Shown piece after piece: positions 29,097 to 39,153 of a DNA stretch of 64,000 nucleotides. The stretch is taken from assembly GCA_963799485.1 (NCBI GenBank), contig CAWCXJ010000008.1:288001-352000 (forward strand), read 5' to 3'. Source of the DNA: an uncultured Trueperaceae bacterium. Its GTDB lineage: Bacteria; Deinococcota; Deinococci; Deinococcales; Trueperaceae. The notes under the pieces were generated by a model. The model did not search any database, had not been told where the DNA came from, and worked only from the letters and a program-made list of their open reading frames with translations. The translations under genes were made by a program, and so were the position numbers. Positions within the stretch are counted from its first letter, which is position 1; each line of letters begins with the position of its first letter.

Positions 29097-29788
29097 GTAG
29101 TCGCCCGTTGCTGCACGGCTTCAACGAGTGTGCCCGTTCCGATGCCGACGAGCGCCGCGACGATGAGCGCGAGGTTAAACGGTAAAGCGTGGGCAACGAC
29201 GACGGTGACGCCGGCAGCAAGCGCCGCTGCGACCGCCGCGCGGTCAACCAGAACGGGAAAAATCAGCGCCATAAAAATCAGCGGAATGGCGAACTCTAAA
29301 GACCAGCCTTCCGGCACCTGCGACCCGACAAAAACGCCGACCGCCGTGGTCAGCATCCACACCGCCCAAATCGGCGCGGCAAAACCCAGATAGTAGAGAC
29401 TTTTGTAGGGCATGTCGGGCTCGGCGACGAAGCGGCGGATAGAGAGCGCGTAAGCCTGATCGGTCATAAGGTACGCCATGAGGCTCTTGGGTCCCACCGA
29501 AAAACGCGCCAGGTAGGGGGCAATCGATGCGCTGTACATCATAAAGCGCAAATTGATAAAAAACGTCGTCAGGAGGATGACGAACAGGGGCGCGCCAGAG
29601 GCGATAAGTTGTAACCCTGCGAGCTGCGACGCGCCCGCAAAAACAAGCGCCGACATCGCAATCGCCTGAACATCAGGCAACCCGACGCTCGCCGCGCTGA
29701 CACCGGCTACGAGTCCGAAAGGGATAATACCAAGCATCACGGGTAAACCGACCTGAAAGCCGGAGAAGAGGGTCGCTCGAGGAGACAC
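29093..29788 (-). CDS. azlC: AzlC-family branched-chain amino acid exporter
   Basis: Motifs MSALVFAGASQ, INLRFMMYS and TDQAYA. Confidence 0.9.
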   Translation of the reverse strand: MSPRATLFSGFQVGLPVMLGIIPFGLVAGVSAASVGLPDVQAIAMSALVFAGASQLAGLQLIASGAPLFVILLTTFFINLRFMMYSASIAPYLARFSVGPKSLMAYLMTDQAYALSIRRFVAEPDMPYKSLYYLGFAAPIWAVWMLTTAVGVFVGSQVPEGWSLEFAIPLIFMALIFPVLVDRAAVAAALAAGVTVVVAHALPFNLALIVAALVGIGTGTLVEAVQQRATT

Positions 29789-29818
29789 AGGGTTTATTCT
29801 ACGGGACGCTAAGCCGTA

Positions 29819-30967
29819 CTAAAGCCCACGCATGGTAAATGCCCGTGCAAACGGGTGCTTGAGCGGGGTGTGCAAGATGCTCCAGGCGAAGGTGTCACGG
29901 AGGACGGCGAGCGGTGTGGCGCGGCCCATCACGGTATTGAACTCGGCGCGGCAGGCGGCGCTCTTTGCCGTGTTACGGTGCGCGTCGTAGTCGCCAAACC
30001 CTTCACCTCGCGCTAAAGCGTCCGCCAGTCGCCACGCGCCCAGCCAGCCGAGGTTCATCCCCTGTCCGCCGATTGGACTCAGCACATGTGCGGCGTCGCC
30101 GACGAAGGCTACCCGGCCCACCGTAAAACGTTCGGCTAGAAAACGCTGGACGCCGAAGCTCGACGGCGTGGTATTCGTCTCTGCAGGTACACCGAGGCGT
30201 ACACTGCGGCGTATATTGCGACCAAGTCGCTCATCGACTAGATTGGCAACGAGTTCGTAAGTCGGTTTTCGAACGAACTGCGGCGTTTTGACGACCCAGC
30301 GCCGTACCCCGCCGGGGAGCGGAAACGACTCGACCAGCCCCGCGTGCGTAAAGTAAAGCTCTGCGTCGCCGACCAACCCGGTCGTATCGGCAAAGTCGCC
30401 CATAACATAAGCATCGGGATAGCGTTTGCCGAGAAACGGAACGCCCAAGGTCTGCCGGACGAAACTGTCTTTGCCGTCGGCGGCGACCAAAAAACGGCTC
30501 CGCAGGGCTTCACCGGATTTTAGGGTTACGGTAACACCGTTCGGGTCAGGCTCGAGCCCCGCCACTTCAGCCCCGGATAAACGGGCGCACGGTGCGAGCT
30601 CGTCTAATCGCGCTGCTAGCAGCGCTTCGGTACGTGGTTGCGGCAGCGTGAGGATAAACGGGTAGGGTGCAGGACACGAAGAAAAGAGCAGCGTTCCCAA
30701 ATGCTGCGTCCCGCGTTTGGTGCCGGTGTAGGCGTGACCGCGCGTGACCTGAACGCCTGCTTGAATGAATTTTTCCGCCAGGCCGAGGACGGCAAGACGC
30801 TCCAAAGCGGGAGGATGCACGCCGATGGCGCGTGAATGTAGTGACGGGGTGGGGTAGCGCTCGAGCACCCTCACCCTCACCCCGAGCTGCGCCAGACGGC
30901 AGCTCAAAAAGAGGCCGACTGCACCTCCGCCAACGACAAAGACATCGGCGTCGAACGTTTCAGTCAT
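29819..30967 (-). CDS. FAD-dependent monooxygenase (UbiH/PHBH family)
   Basis: Motifs VVGGGAVG, AADGKDSFVR and GDAAHVLSPIGGQGMN. Confidence 0.9.
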   Translation of the reverse strand: MTETFDADVFVVGGGAVGLFLSCRLAQLGVRVRVLERYPTPSLHSRAIGVHPPALERLAVLGLAEKFIQAGVQVTRGHAYTGTKRGTQHLGTLLFSSCPAPYPFILTLPQPRTEALLAARLDELAPCARLSGAEVAGLEPDPNGVTVTLKSGEALRSRFLVAADGKDSFVRQTLGVPFLGKRYPDAYVMGDFADTTGLVGDAELYFTHAGLVESFPLPGGVRRWVVKTPQFVRKPTYELVANLVDERLGRNIRRSVRLGVPAETNTTPSSFGVQRFLAERFTVGRVAFVGDAAHVLSPIGGQGMNLGWLGAWRLADALARGEGFGDYDAHRNTAKSAACRAEFNTVMGRATPLAVLRDTFAWSILHTPLKHPFARAFTMRGL

Positions 30968-31658
30968 TACTAAGGCCGTGACTTAGAAGTAGACGGTACG
31001 GATAAGGGCTCGCGACCTGCCAACCGGGAGGGACGACGGTACGCAGCTCTGCGGGCGTGTATGAGCGCCGAACCGAGGTGAGGCCGTCGGGGGTGATATA
31101 CGACCTGGGAAAAAACGGCCCGGTCAGCGCGGCGAAGCCCACGTAGGCGAGGTCGGCGCGGGCGATATCGTTATGCAGCACCACGCGTCCAAGCGCGGCG
31201 CTGTCACAGCAAAGTTCTTTGACCTCTGCGTCGGACAGGTGATGGAGCAGGTGGTTTGAAATCACCATATCGAACGTGTCGCCGCGCGCCCGTACCGCGC
31301 GGGTATCGGTCTGTTCAAACGAAAGTTTGGGATGAGAGGGCAAGTCGCTCGCAAACGCGGCTGCGCGCGGGTCAGGGTCGATAGCTTTGATGTTCAGCTC
31401 GAGCCCGTCGCGTTCGGCCCAGCGTAGCAGCACACGCGGAACATCGCCGCCGCCGAAACCGATATCTAGCAAACGGCTGCGGCGGTCTGCCGAGAGCTGC
31501 GGGCGCAGATAACACCGGTAGAGCGTCCACCAGCCCGAAAAAACTCGGTTGACGGTGCCGAAACGGGCATACGTCGCCTGAAGCTTACGCGGGTTACACG
31601 CCGGGTCATCCATGTGTTCGCGCAGGTCGGCCCTGCGTGTATGCAAAACGAGTGGCAT
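30960..31658 (-). CDS. Class I SAM-dependent methyltransferase
   Basis: Motifs EHMDDP, LLDIGFGGGD, ISNHLLHHL and DGLTSVRRSY. Confidence 0.88.
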   Translation of the reverse strand: MPLVLHTRRADLREHMDDPACNPRKLQATYARFGTVNRVFSGWWTLYRCYLRPQLSADRRSRLLDIGFGGGDVPRVLLRWAERDGLELNIKAIDPDPRAAAFASDLPSHPKLSFEQTDTRAVRARGDTFDMVISNHLLHHLSDAEVKELCCDSAALGRVVLHNDIARADLAYVGFAALTGPFFPRSYITPDGLTSVRRSYTPAELRTVVPPGWQVASPYPYRLLLSHGLSND

Positions 31659-32806
31659 CAGCAGCGTGTCAGGAGGCCGCTCTCAACCGTTAGACCGGGG
31701 CCGAACGCCACCGCGCAAACCCGTTCGCCACGCGCCGAGTTCGCCAAAATCTTTTGCAGGACAAATAAAACCGTCGCACTGCTCATGTTGCCGTAGTTGC
31801 GGAGGACGGTGCGGGAGGGCTCGAGCGCACTTTCCCCCAACCCCAGGCTCTTTGCTACCTTGTCCAAAATGGCCCGTCCGCCGGGGTGAACGCCCCACCG
31901 CTCGATATCAGAAACGCCTAGTCCGAACTGCTCGAACAAGGGAGCCAGGGCCGCGCCGATGTTCGCTTCTAAAATTTCCGGTACATAACTCGATAAAACA
32001 ATATCGAAACCTTCATCCCCGACCGACCACGCCATATCGCCTTCACCGTCGGCGGTCAGGGTGGTCGCTAGAGCGCTCAGCTCAAACGCCGGAGCTCGCG
32101 GCTTTCTCGCGCTGACCAAAGCTGCGCCCGCACCGTCGGCGAAGACCGAGCTTGCGAGCAACCGGTCTACGTCGCCGCCGAGTTGCAAATGGAGCGTACA
32201 AAGCTCTAAACACACGACCAGCACGACCGCATCCGGGTCGGCCTGACAAAACGCCTTGGCCATCTTGAGCGCCGGAAACGCCGCGTAGCAGCCCATAAAA
32301 CCGACGTGAAAGCGCTGGACTTCAGGGCGCAAGCAGAGGTCGCGGACTAAAAAGTAGTCCGGCCCCGGCGCACAAAACCCGGTGCATGACACCGTGACGA
32401 CGTGGGTTACGTCGCTTGCAGTGAAGCTCGAGCTAGAGAGCACCTTTTCTGCTACTTCCTTGAAGAGGGGACGCGCGGCCTTGGTATAGAGGTCGTTACG
32501 GGCCTTGGTCGAGGGTGAGGTGTAGGTGCCGTTCTCGTCCAAAAACAGACCTGAGGTTGCTGTACTCGTTGCTGTACTCGTTGCTGTACTCGTTGCTGTG
32601 CCTGCTGTATCCGGCGTATTGATGGGGACAAAATCCGGGACGACGCTGTAGCGCATTTCGATTCCCGACTGGCTGTAAAGCCGATGGACGAGGCGCTGCG
32701 CGAGGCGGTCACCAAGCTGCGCCTTGAGGGTGTCGCGGGCGTGAAGCTGAGGTATCGCGTACGGCGGTACGGCGGTCGCCAGTTGCTGGATAAAGACGGG
32801 TTCCAT
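31658..32806 (-). CDS. Type III polyketide synthase (chalcone/stilbene synthase family)
   Basis: Catalytic triad motifs GFMGCYAA, VHPGG and YGNMSSAT, plus AFGPGLTVE. Confidence 0.93.
   Translation of the reverse strand: MEPVFIQQLATAVPPYAIPQLHARDTLKAQLGDRLAQRLVHRLYSQSGIEMRYSVVPDFVPINTPDTAGTATSTATSTATSTATSGLFLDENGTYTSPSTKARNDLYTKAARPLFKEVAEKVLSSSSFTASDVTHVVTVSCTGFCAPGPDYFLVRDLCLRPEVQRFHVGFMGCYAAFPALKMAKAFCQADPDAVVLVVCLELCTLHLQLGGDVDRLLASSVFADGAGAALVSARKPRAPAFELSALATTLTADGEGDMAWSVGDEGFDIVLSSYVPEILEANIGAALAPLFEQFGLGVSDIERWGVHPGGRAILDKVAKSLGLGESALEPSRTVLRNYGNMSSATVLFVLQKILANSARGERVCAVAFGPGLTVESGLLTRC
32556..32600. repeat. 12-bp tandem repeat (GTTGCTGTACTC x3 plus a partial copy) inside the PKS gene
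   Basis: Directly visible. Encodes (TATS)x4 in frame. Confidence 0.92.
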
Positions 32807-32943
32807 CCCCTACTCTACGCGCTTCGCCAAGCTGCCAGTTAGGAGGTGCAATACGGTTGCGACAAGCTACGTCTAACAAGAGATTTGGGGGTTAGCTGCT
32901 GGGTATGCCCCGGCTCGAGCGTAAAATTAGTCCAGGAGGCGTG

Positions 32944-34311
32944 ATGAAACTCAGCTCTATCAACCCCGCGACCGGGGAAAAAATTCGTGATTACGACACA
33001 ATGCCGGATGCCGTGGTGACAAAGACCATCGACGCTGCGCACGAGGCATTTTTAGGCTGGCGTGAGACGAGCTTTGGAACGCGCGCGGCAGCCCTTGAAA
33101 AAGCGGCTGCACTTTTGCGTAACGAGGCGCATGAGCTGGGCCGGTTGATGAGTCTCGAGATGGGTAAACCGCTTAAACAAGCCGTCGCCGAAATCGAGAA
33201 GTGCGCGCGCGGTTGCGACTACTACGCCGAAAACGCGGCGAACCTGCTCAAACCCGAAACTATCGAGACCGAGGCACGTAAAAGTTACGTGTCGTACCGC
33301 CCGCTCGGGGTGGTGCTCGCCATTATGCCGTGGAACTTTCCCTTCTGGCAGACCTTCCGCTTTGCCGCGCCCAACCTTATGGCGGGCAACGCCGGGCTCC
33401 TCAAACACGCGGAGAACGTCACCGGGGTGGCGCTCGCTACTGAAGATTTGCTCTTGCGGGCCGGGTTTCCCGAAGGGCTCTTCCGGGCGCTGCTGCTTGA
33501 GACTTCGCAAGTCGAAAAGGTGTTAGACCATCCCAAAATCGTCGCCGCGACGCTGACCGGGAGTACGCGGGCCGGGCGTGCGGTGGCGGCGCAGGCGGGA
33601 GCACGGCTGAAAAAGACGGTACTCGAGCTGGGCGGTTCCGACCCCTACCTTATTTTAGAAGACGCTGATTTGGAGCTTGCCGTCGCTGCGTGCGCGACCG
33701 GCAGGTTGCAAAATAGTGGTCAGAGTTGCATCGCCGCAAAACGGTTTATCGTCGTGGCGTCCCGTAAACGCGAATTCGAGGCGGCGTTAAAAGCGAAGAT
33801 GCAAAGCTTCAACATGGGCGACCCGCTGGACGAGGCCGCCGACCTCGGCCCGCAGGCCCGTGTCGATCTGCGCGATACGCTCCACGAACAAGTCCAAAAG
33901 AGCGTCGCTGCCGGGGCAAAGCTCCTGTTGGGCGGTGAGGTGCCGGACGGCCCCGGCGCGTTTTATCCGCCGACTTTACTAACCGACGTGACGCCGGGAA
34001 TGCCCGCTTTCGACGAAGAGACGTTCGGGCCGGTGGCTGCCGTAACCGAAGCCAAAGACGAAGACGACGCCATCCGGCTCGCCAACGAAACCTCTTACGG
34101 TCTCGGCGCGGCGGTTTTCACGCGAGATTTGGTGCGGGGTGAAAAGATTGCCAGTGAAAGGCTCGAGGCCGGCAACTGCTTTGTCAACGCGTTCGTCAAG
34201 TCCGACCCGCGACTGCCGTTCGGCGGCATCAAGAGTTCAGGATATGGGCGGGAACTCTCGGAGCTGGGGATTAAAGAATTCGTCAACGTAAAGACGGTTT
34301 ACGTCGCCTAG
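32944..34311 (+). CDS. NAD(P)-dependent succinate-semialdehyde dehydrogenase-like ALDH
   Basis: Motifs IMPWNFPFWQ, LELGGSD, GQSCIAAKR and EETFGP. Confidence 0.92.
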   Translation: MKLSSINPATGEKIRDYDTMPDAVVTKTIDAAHEAFLGWRETSFGTRAAALEKAAALLRNEAHELGRLMSLEMGKPLKQAVAEIEKCARGCDYYAENAANLLKPETIETEARKSYVSYRPLGVVLAIMPWNFPFWQTFRFAAPNLMAGNAGLLKHAENVTGVALATEDLLLRAGFPEGLFRALLLETSQVEKVLDHPKIVAATLTGSTRAGRAVAAQAGARLKKTVLELGGSDPYLILEDADLELAVAACATGRLQNSGQSCIAAKRFIVVASRKREFEAALKAKMQSFNMGDPLDEAADLGPQARVDLRDTLHEQVQKSVAAGAKLLLGGEVPDGPGAFYPPTLLTDVTPGMPAFDEETFGPVAAVTEAKDEDDAIRLANETSYGLGAAVFTRDLVRGEKIASERLEAGNCFVNAFVKSDPRLPFGGIKSSGYGRELSELGIKEFVNVKTVYVA

Positions 34312-34348
34312 CCGGGTAAGGTGCTACCGAACCTGTTAGCCTGAGTGC

Positions 34349-35245
34349 ATGGCTCAACCCTTTGCCGAAAGGCTCTTCGACCGCATCAAGAAGACGAGTT
34401 CTCGAGTCTGCCTGGGTATCGACCCGCGCCCCGAAGCGCATCCCTCGACGCACCCGGAACGCTTTGAAGGCGACCCGGCGCAGACTGCCAGGGCCGTCGT
34501 TCACTACTTTCAGGCCGTCATTCAGGCGACGCAAGGGGATGTGGCGTGCTACAAGTTGCAGTCCGCTTTTTTCGAGGCGCTCGGCGTACCGGGAATTATC
34601 GCGTTAGCGCAACTTATCGCCGATGTGCGGGCGCGGGCTATCCCCGTCATCTTAGACGCCAAACGCGGCGATATGAGCACGACCGCCGAAGCCTACGCGC
34701 GGAGCTACCTGGCAAACGGCGTGTTCGCCTCGGACGCGCTGACGGTCAATCCCTATCTGGGTGCTGAGAGTCTCGAGCCCTTTATCACCCAGGCGAACCG
34801 CGCCGAGCGGGGTCTGTTCGTTCTGGTCAAAACCTCGAACCCCGGTGGCGCAGACCTACAGGACGCCGTTTTAGAGGGAGGCGAGCGGGTTTTTGAACGT
34901 GTTGCGGCGCTCGTGACACGGCTCGCTGAACCGCACCGGGGGGCGTCGGGTTACGCGCCGGTGGGGGCTGTTGTCGGCGCAACCTATCCGGCAGACCTGA
35001 AAACGTTACGCGCCGCGCTACCTTACAGCGTCCTGCTCGTACCGGGTTACGGCGCGCAGGGCGGCGGCGCCGAAGACGTTACGGCGGCGTTCGACCAAGA
35101 CGGCCTCGGCGCGGTGGTCAGCTCGAGCCGCGCGCTCACCTACCTGACCCAAGACGCCGACTTTGCCGAACGCTCACGTGAAGCGGTCGCCGCGATGAAC
35201 CGAGATATAAACAGCGCCCTCGAGAACCGTGCGCGCGCGCTTTAG
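34349..35245 (+). CDS. pyrF: Orotidine-5'-phosphate decarboxylase
   Basis: Motifs CLGIDP, LDAKRGD, KTSNPG, VVGAT and PGYGAQGG. Confidence 0.94.
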   Translation: MAQPFAERLFDRIKKTSSRVCLGIDPRPEAHPSTHPERFEGDPAQTARAVVHYFQAVIQATQGDVACYKLQSAFFEALGVPGIIALAQLIADVRARAIPVILDAKRGDMSTTAEAYARSYLANGVFASDALTVNPYLGAESLEPFITQANRAERGLFVLVKTSNPGGADLQDAVLEGGERVFERVAALVTRLAEPHRGASGYAPVGAVVGATYPADLKTLRAALPYSVLLVPGYGAQGGGAEDVTAAFDQDGLGAVVSSSRALTYLTQDADFAERSREAVAAMNRDINSALENRARAL

Positions 35246-35252
35246 TGCGCCG

Positions 35253-36167
35253 CTAATTCCCGATAAACGCGAGGATCGCCTGCGGGCTCATATTGGTACG
35301 GAGTTGCGGAATCAGCCGGAGGATCGTCCCGAAGCCTACGCTCGGGCCCAAAAAGAGGGCGGTGTAGCGTTCTTTGTCGGCAACTTCGGGCGCAGAAAAG
35401 GTCAGATAAGCCGTTTCGTTGCCGGGGGGAGCCTCGAACAGCTCTTGCGCCGAGGGCGGTTCGGTTGCCAAGACGACCATCCGTGATTCGTTGGTCGCCA
35501 GAAAAAGCCGCTCGGCAGTGTCGGCGGGGGCGTAAACGTAGTTTTGCAAGCTCACCACGCAGTCGCTCAGCTGCGCCAGCGCGCCCGCGACGTTTTCCTG
35601 AACATTGATCGGCGTTTCGGGTGGACGCACGACGATGAGGCGCGGATAGACGCCGTTACGTAGCGTGGCCCAAAATGCGATGCGTGCAGGGTCGGCGGGG
35701 TCGAAGGCGAACACCGCTACCGGGTCGAGGTACGCGCCCGCTTCTTCCAGGATAGGCTCCAGGCTGCTCACCAGGTCGCTCCCGCTCGGCGTCCGGTCGT
35801 TTAAGGTCGGGGCGGGCAACGCGTACCACCCGGCGACTTTGCCGAGCGCCGCATTCCAGGCGTCGAACGAAAACGCTCCGGCGCTCCACGACAAGTCCAG
35901 CAGTCCACGGTCGGCGAGGTAGGAGAACGTCTCGCGGTCGGGGTCGTCGGCGGGAACCGGCAGGTCGGTTACGCGCTGCAAAGGTGGCAGGGAGGGCTCG
36001 AGCAAGGCGACCGCCCGCTTGAGCAGGACGGCGGCGCGGCGACCATCGGCGGGTTGCGCCAGCTCGTTGGCGCTGAAACCCGCGCGCATCTCGTCGGCGC
36101 ATACCTGCGCGTAAGTGACGCCCATAAACCACAGCAAACTTAAAACGATAAAAAAGCGCTTCGTCAT
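35253..36167 (-). CDS. Hypothetical exported protein
   Basis: 304-aa ORF with a signal peptide (TYA/Q) and a leaderless start (TAGACT-6nt-ATG). Confidence 0.75.
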   Translation of the reverse strand: MTKRFFIVLSLLWFMGVTYAQVCADEMRAGFSANELAQPADGRRAAVLLKRAVALLEPSLPPLQRVTDLPVPADDPDRETFSYLADRGLLDLSWSAGAFSFDAWNAALGKVAGWYALPAPTLNDRTPSGSDLVSSLEPILEEAGAYLDPVAVFAFDPADPARIAFWATLRNGVYPRLIVVRPPETPINVQENVAGALAQLSDCVVSLQNYVYAPADTAERLFLATNESRMVVLATEPPSAQELFEAPPGNETAYLTFSAPEVADKERYTALFLGPSVGFGTILRLIPQLRTNMSPQAILAFIGN

Positions 36168-36603
36168 GAGGTGAGTCTAGCCTACCGAACTTACGGTGAC
36201 GTGAAAGATTAGATGAAAAGTCTGTTGCGATTTGCCGAGGCTTGTAAGCCTGCTGTCGTCATATATGCTGCTATAGTCCGCTGCTGCGTATGTGCCGCGA
36301 GCGCGCGCCGAGCCTGGAGGTGAAGGCGTCTGGGGGGTGCCGAAATAGGCGGTTGCACTAATTTCCAGGTCTTCTGACGTTTCTGCTACCTGAGGTTCAG
36401 CCGCAATTTTGGCTGACGAGTCCTCCGTGCTCGAGCCTTCGGCTGCTGTGGTGCCAATAGGTTTAGTGGCGTCCCCGGTTTCGGTCGGCAGTTCCGTCAG
36501 CGCTCGCGAGTGTACGCCACGCGCCCCCGGCGTTTTCGGCGAGACGCTTTGCCGGCGGCGTAACTTCAGGCGCGTTCACGGGTCTAGCTGCTCACGCGCC
36601 GGG

Positions 36604-38205
36604 CTACTCGAGCGCCAGCACAAAAGCGTAGAGGTCGGGGCTGCCGGCGTGGAGTTCGAGCTCGAGTCCCCCGAACTGCTCGGCAAGGGTTTCGTGCAGC
36701 GCCTCTGCCCGTTCACGGCCTACGGCGCTGCTGTAAAAGAGGACGCCCATTTCGTAATCGTCCGCGACGCCCGCCACAAGCTCCGTCAAAACCGCTTCCG
36801 GCGAAGCGTCCGAAACCTTGAGCCGCCCGTTTTGCAAACCGATAAACTCGCCTTCGGTCACGGCGACGCCCTCGGCTGTGGTGGTGCGGCTCGCGGTGGT
36901 GACCTCGAGGGTGCAAGCGTGTTCGGCAGCCGCTTGCAGTTCGCCGAAAAGCGCGTCTGCTTCACTGTTTTCGTCGAACAACACCGCCGCCGCGAGACCT
37001 TCGCCGAGCGTGCGCGTCGGCAGCACCCGAATCTGCTTTTCGGGGACGAGTTCAGAGGTGCGCTCGGCGGCCATGATGATATTTTTGTTGTTCGGCATGA
37101 TGATCACATCAACCGCGCCGACACTCCGCACCGCGTCGGCGATGTCTTGCACGCTCGGATTGTTCGTCTGCCCGCCGCCGACGACGCGCGCGCCGAGGCT
37201 GCGAAAGACCTTGGTCACACCGAAACCCGCGCTTACCGCGACTAGCGCCGTTTTGGGCGGCGCGATGCCGGCAGGGTCGGCTCCCGCCAAAATCTCCTGG
37301 TGCTGCTCGCTCATGTCCTCGACCTTCGTCCGGACGACCGTCCCGTAACGGGCGACGAGGGCGAGGAGCTTTTCGGGTTCTTCGGTGTGAATATGCCCTT
37401 TGATAAACCCTTCAGCCCCGACGACGAGGAGCGAGTTGCCGAAACTCTCGACCTGCGCCTGAATCTCCTCGGCAGAGACCGCTACGTCCGAGAGTAAAAA
37501 CTCGGTGCAAAAGCCGAACTCCTGCTCTTCAAACGCCTTTTGCGCGTGTTTGGTGACGGTCGGAGGCGGGGGCAGCTCGAGCCCGTCGAACGACGCGATG
37601 ACGCCCTCTAAAACCCGTAAAAATCCCAACCCGCCCGAATCGACGACGCCCGCTTGTTTGAGCATCGGCAGCTGGTCGGGCGTTTTTTGCAGCGCCGTGT
37701 CGCCGGCTTTTAAGGCGTCGCGGAGAACCTCTAAAGGCGAAACTGAAGCCGCACGTTCCGCACCTTCCGCCGCGGCGCGGACGACGGTCAAAATCGTACC
37801 CTCGACGGGTCTCATTACGGCGGCGTAAGCACTCTTCGAAGCGCTTTTAAGCGCCTCGATGACGGCTTTTGCGCCGAGTGTGCGTTGACCTTTGATGCTT
37901 TCGGCGAAGCCTTTAAGGATTTGGCTCAAAATGACGCCCGAGTTACCGCGTGCGCCGAGCAGCGAGCCGTACGAGAGTGCGTGGGCAAGCTCGCTCATCG
38001 TTTTAGGCGTGGCGTGGCCGAGTTGTTGCCGCACCGACTGCATCGTCAGGTGCATGTTGGTGCCGGTATCGCCGTCGGGAACGGGGTAGACGTTAAGTGC
38101 GTTGACCTCTTCGACGTAAACGCCGAGCCAGTCGGTCGCGTAGGCGAACGCTTTCGCCAAGGCCGGAGCCTCGAGCAGCGGTTCCGCCGCTTTAACCTGA
38201 GTCAT
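36604..38205 (-). CDS. DAK2 domain protein (fatty acid kinase subunit A-like)
   Basis: Motifs NALNVYPVPDGDTGTNM, GARGNSGVILSQ, VVDSGG, FCTEF and GGQTNNPS. Confidence 0.92.
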   Translation of the reverse strand: MTQVKAAEPLLEAPALAKAFAYATDWLGVYVEEVNALNVYPVPDGDTGTNMHLTMQSVRQQLGHATPKTMSELAHALSYGSLLGARGNSGVILSQILKGFAESIKGQRTLGAKAVIEALKSASKSAYAAVMRPVEGTILTVVRAAAEGAERAASVSPLEVLRDALKAGDTALQKTPDQLPMLKQAGVVDSGGLGFLRVLEGVIASFDGLELPPPPTVTKHAQKAFEEQEFGFCTEFLLSDVAVSAEEIQAQVESFGNSLLVVGAEGFIKGHIHTEEPEKLLALVARYGTVVRTKVEDMSEQHQEILAGADPAGIAPPKTALVAVSAGFGVTKVFRSLGARVVGGGQTNNPSVQDIADAVRSVGAVDVIIMPNNKNIIMAAERTSELVPEKQIRVLPTRTLGEGLAAAVLFDENSEADALFGELQAAAEHACTLEVTTASRTTTAEGVAVTEGEFIGLQNGRLKVSDASPEAVLTELVAGVADDYEMGVLFYSSAVGRERAEALHETLAEQFGGLELELHAGSPDLYAFVLALE

Positions 38206-38379
38206 CGGGCAGCCCCAGCCGAGTTTCCGCTCTCGTTCGGTTCCCCGGTCGCTGCGCGGGCCGTAAGCCGCATTTGTGTCATAAATCTCCCTAGCGCTAG
38301 GCTTTTGGTTAAGCCTGATTGCGCCAATCTTACCCTATTTACGGGCAAATCCCGTAGCAACCGGTTAGCATGCCTTAAC

Positions 38380-38691
38380 CTAGAGTGCGTCCCACAGTTC
38401 GACCTCGAGCCGACTCGCCACCACCCGGTATTCGCCCCCCGCTGCCACAAACGCCTCGACGCGCCGTAAAAGAGCCTCGAGTCCCACTCTATCGCCGCTA
38501 ATCGCGCTGACGCCAATCTCTTCCCAGGTGTGCGTGTCCGCGCCGCCGAGCCGCGCCGCCGAAACTGCAAAGCGCACCTTGAGCCGCTCGACGACGGGTT
38601 TGACGAGCGCCCGCTTTTCTTTTAACGAGCGTACCCAGGGCATCTCGAGGCGGGCCTGGTACACGCCAACGTAGACGTTCGTGTCGTTCAC
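38380..38691 (-). CDS. DUF503 family protein
   Basis: SLKEKRALVKPVVERLKVRF motif. Confidence 0.85.
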   Translation of the reverse strand: MNDTNVYVGVYQARLEMPWVRSLKEKRALVKPVVERLKVRFAVSAARLGGADTHTWEEIGVSAISGDRVGLEALLRRVEAFVAAGGEYRVVASRLEVELWDAL

Positions 38692-39152
38692 GGCCCGGTT
38701 TGACCTTTCCGGACTTGACCTCTCGAGCCCAGCACCCGCCCGTACACCCGTTCGGGGCGTAAAGCGTAATTTTTGACCGCTAACGCCTGCGCTGCGCCAG
38801 CATCGGTTTCGGGCACCTGCACCTGCAAATCGTATACGGCAGCGTCGTAAGCACTTTTCGTCACGGCTTCAAGTAAAGCCTCTCTCGCTTCGTTATCGTC
38901 ATTGGGCACGTTCAAGCGGTTGACGTAAATGGTCGGGCGTGTGCCGTTCCAGACAGCTTGCGCCAGCACGAAGCCTACGGTTCGGGCGTTTCTGACGGCG
39001 ACGAACGCGTGACCTGTTCTGCCGTAAAACGATACGCTGCTTCTGCTGATGATGGGCTCGAGGCCAAACTGTCGGGCGTAACTTGCGTCTAAAGATTCCA
39101 GAGTTTCTTGGTCGTCCGAACTCAAAAGTCTGGCAAAGGTCAGCGCCGCCAT
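38688..39152 (-). CDS. DUF1999-like (GNAT-fold) protein
   Basis: Motifs FYGRTGHAFVA, GFVLAQAVWNG and VTKSAYDAAVY. Confidence 0.72.
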   Translation of the reverse strand: MAALTFARLLSSDDQETLESLDASYARQFGLEPIISRSSVSFYGRTGHAFVAVRNARTVGFVLAQAVWNGTRPTIYVNRLNVPNDDNEAREALLEAVTKSAYDAAVYDLQVQVPETDAGAAQALAVKNYALRPERVYGRVLGSRGQVRKGQTGP

Positions 39153-39153
39153 C

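Noticed and set aside
32556..32600. Repeat as a CRISPR array
   Set aside because: The 12-bp units are contiguous with no spacers, lie inside a CDS, and there are no cas genes.
36409..37245. 278-aa plus-strand ORF and similar long antisense ORFs
   Set aside because: They are antisense to well-supported genes, have no recognisable motifs, and are expected in GC-rich DNA.
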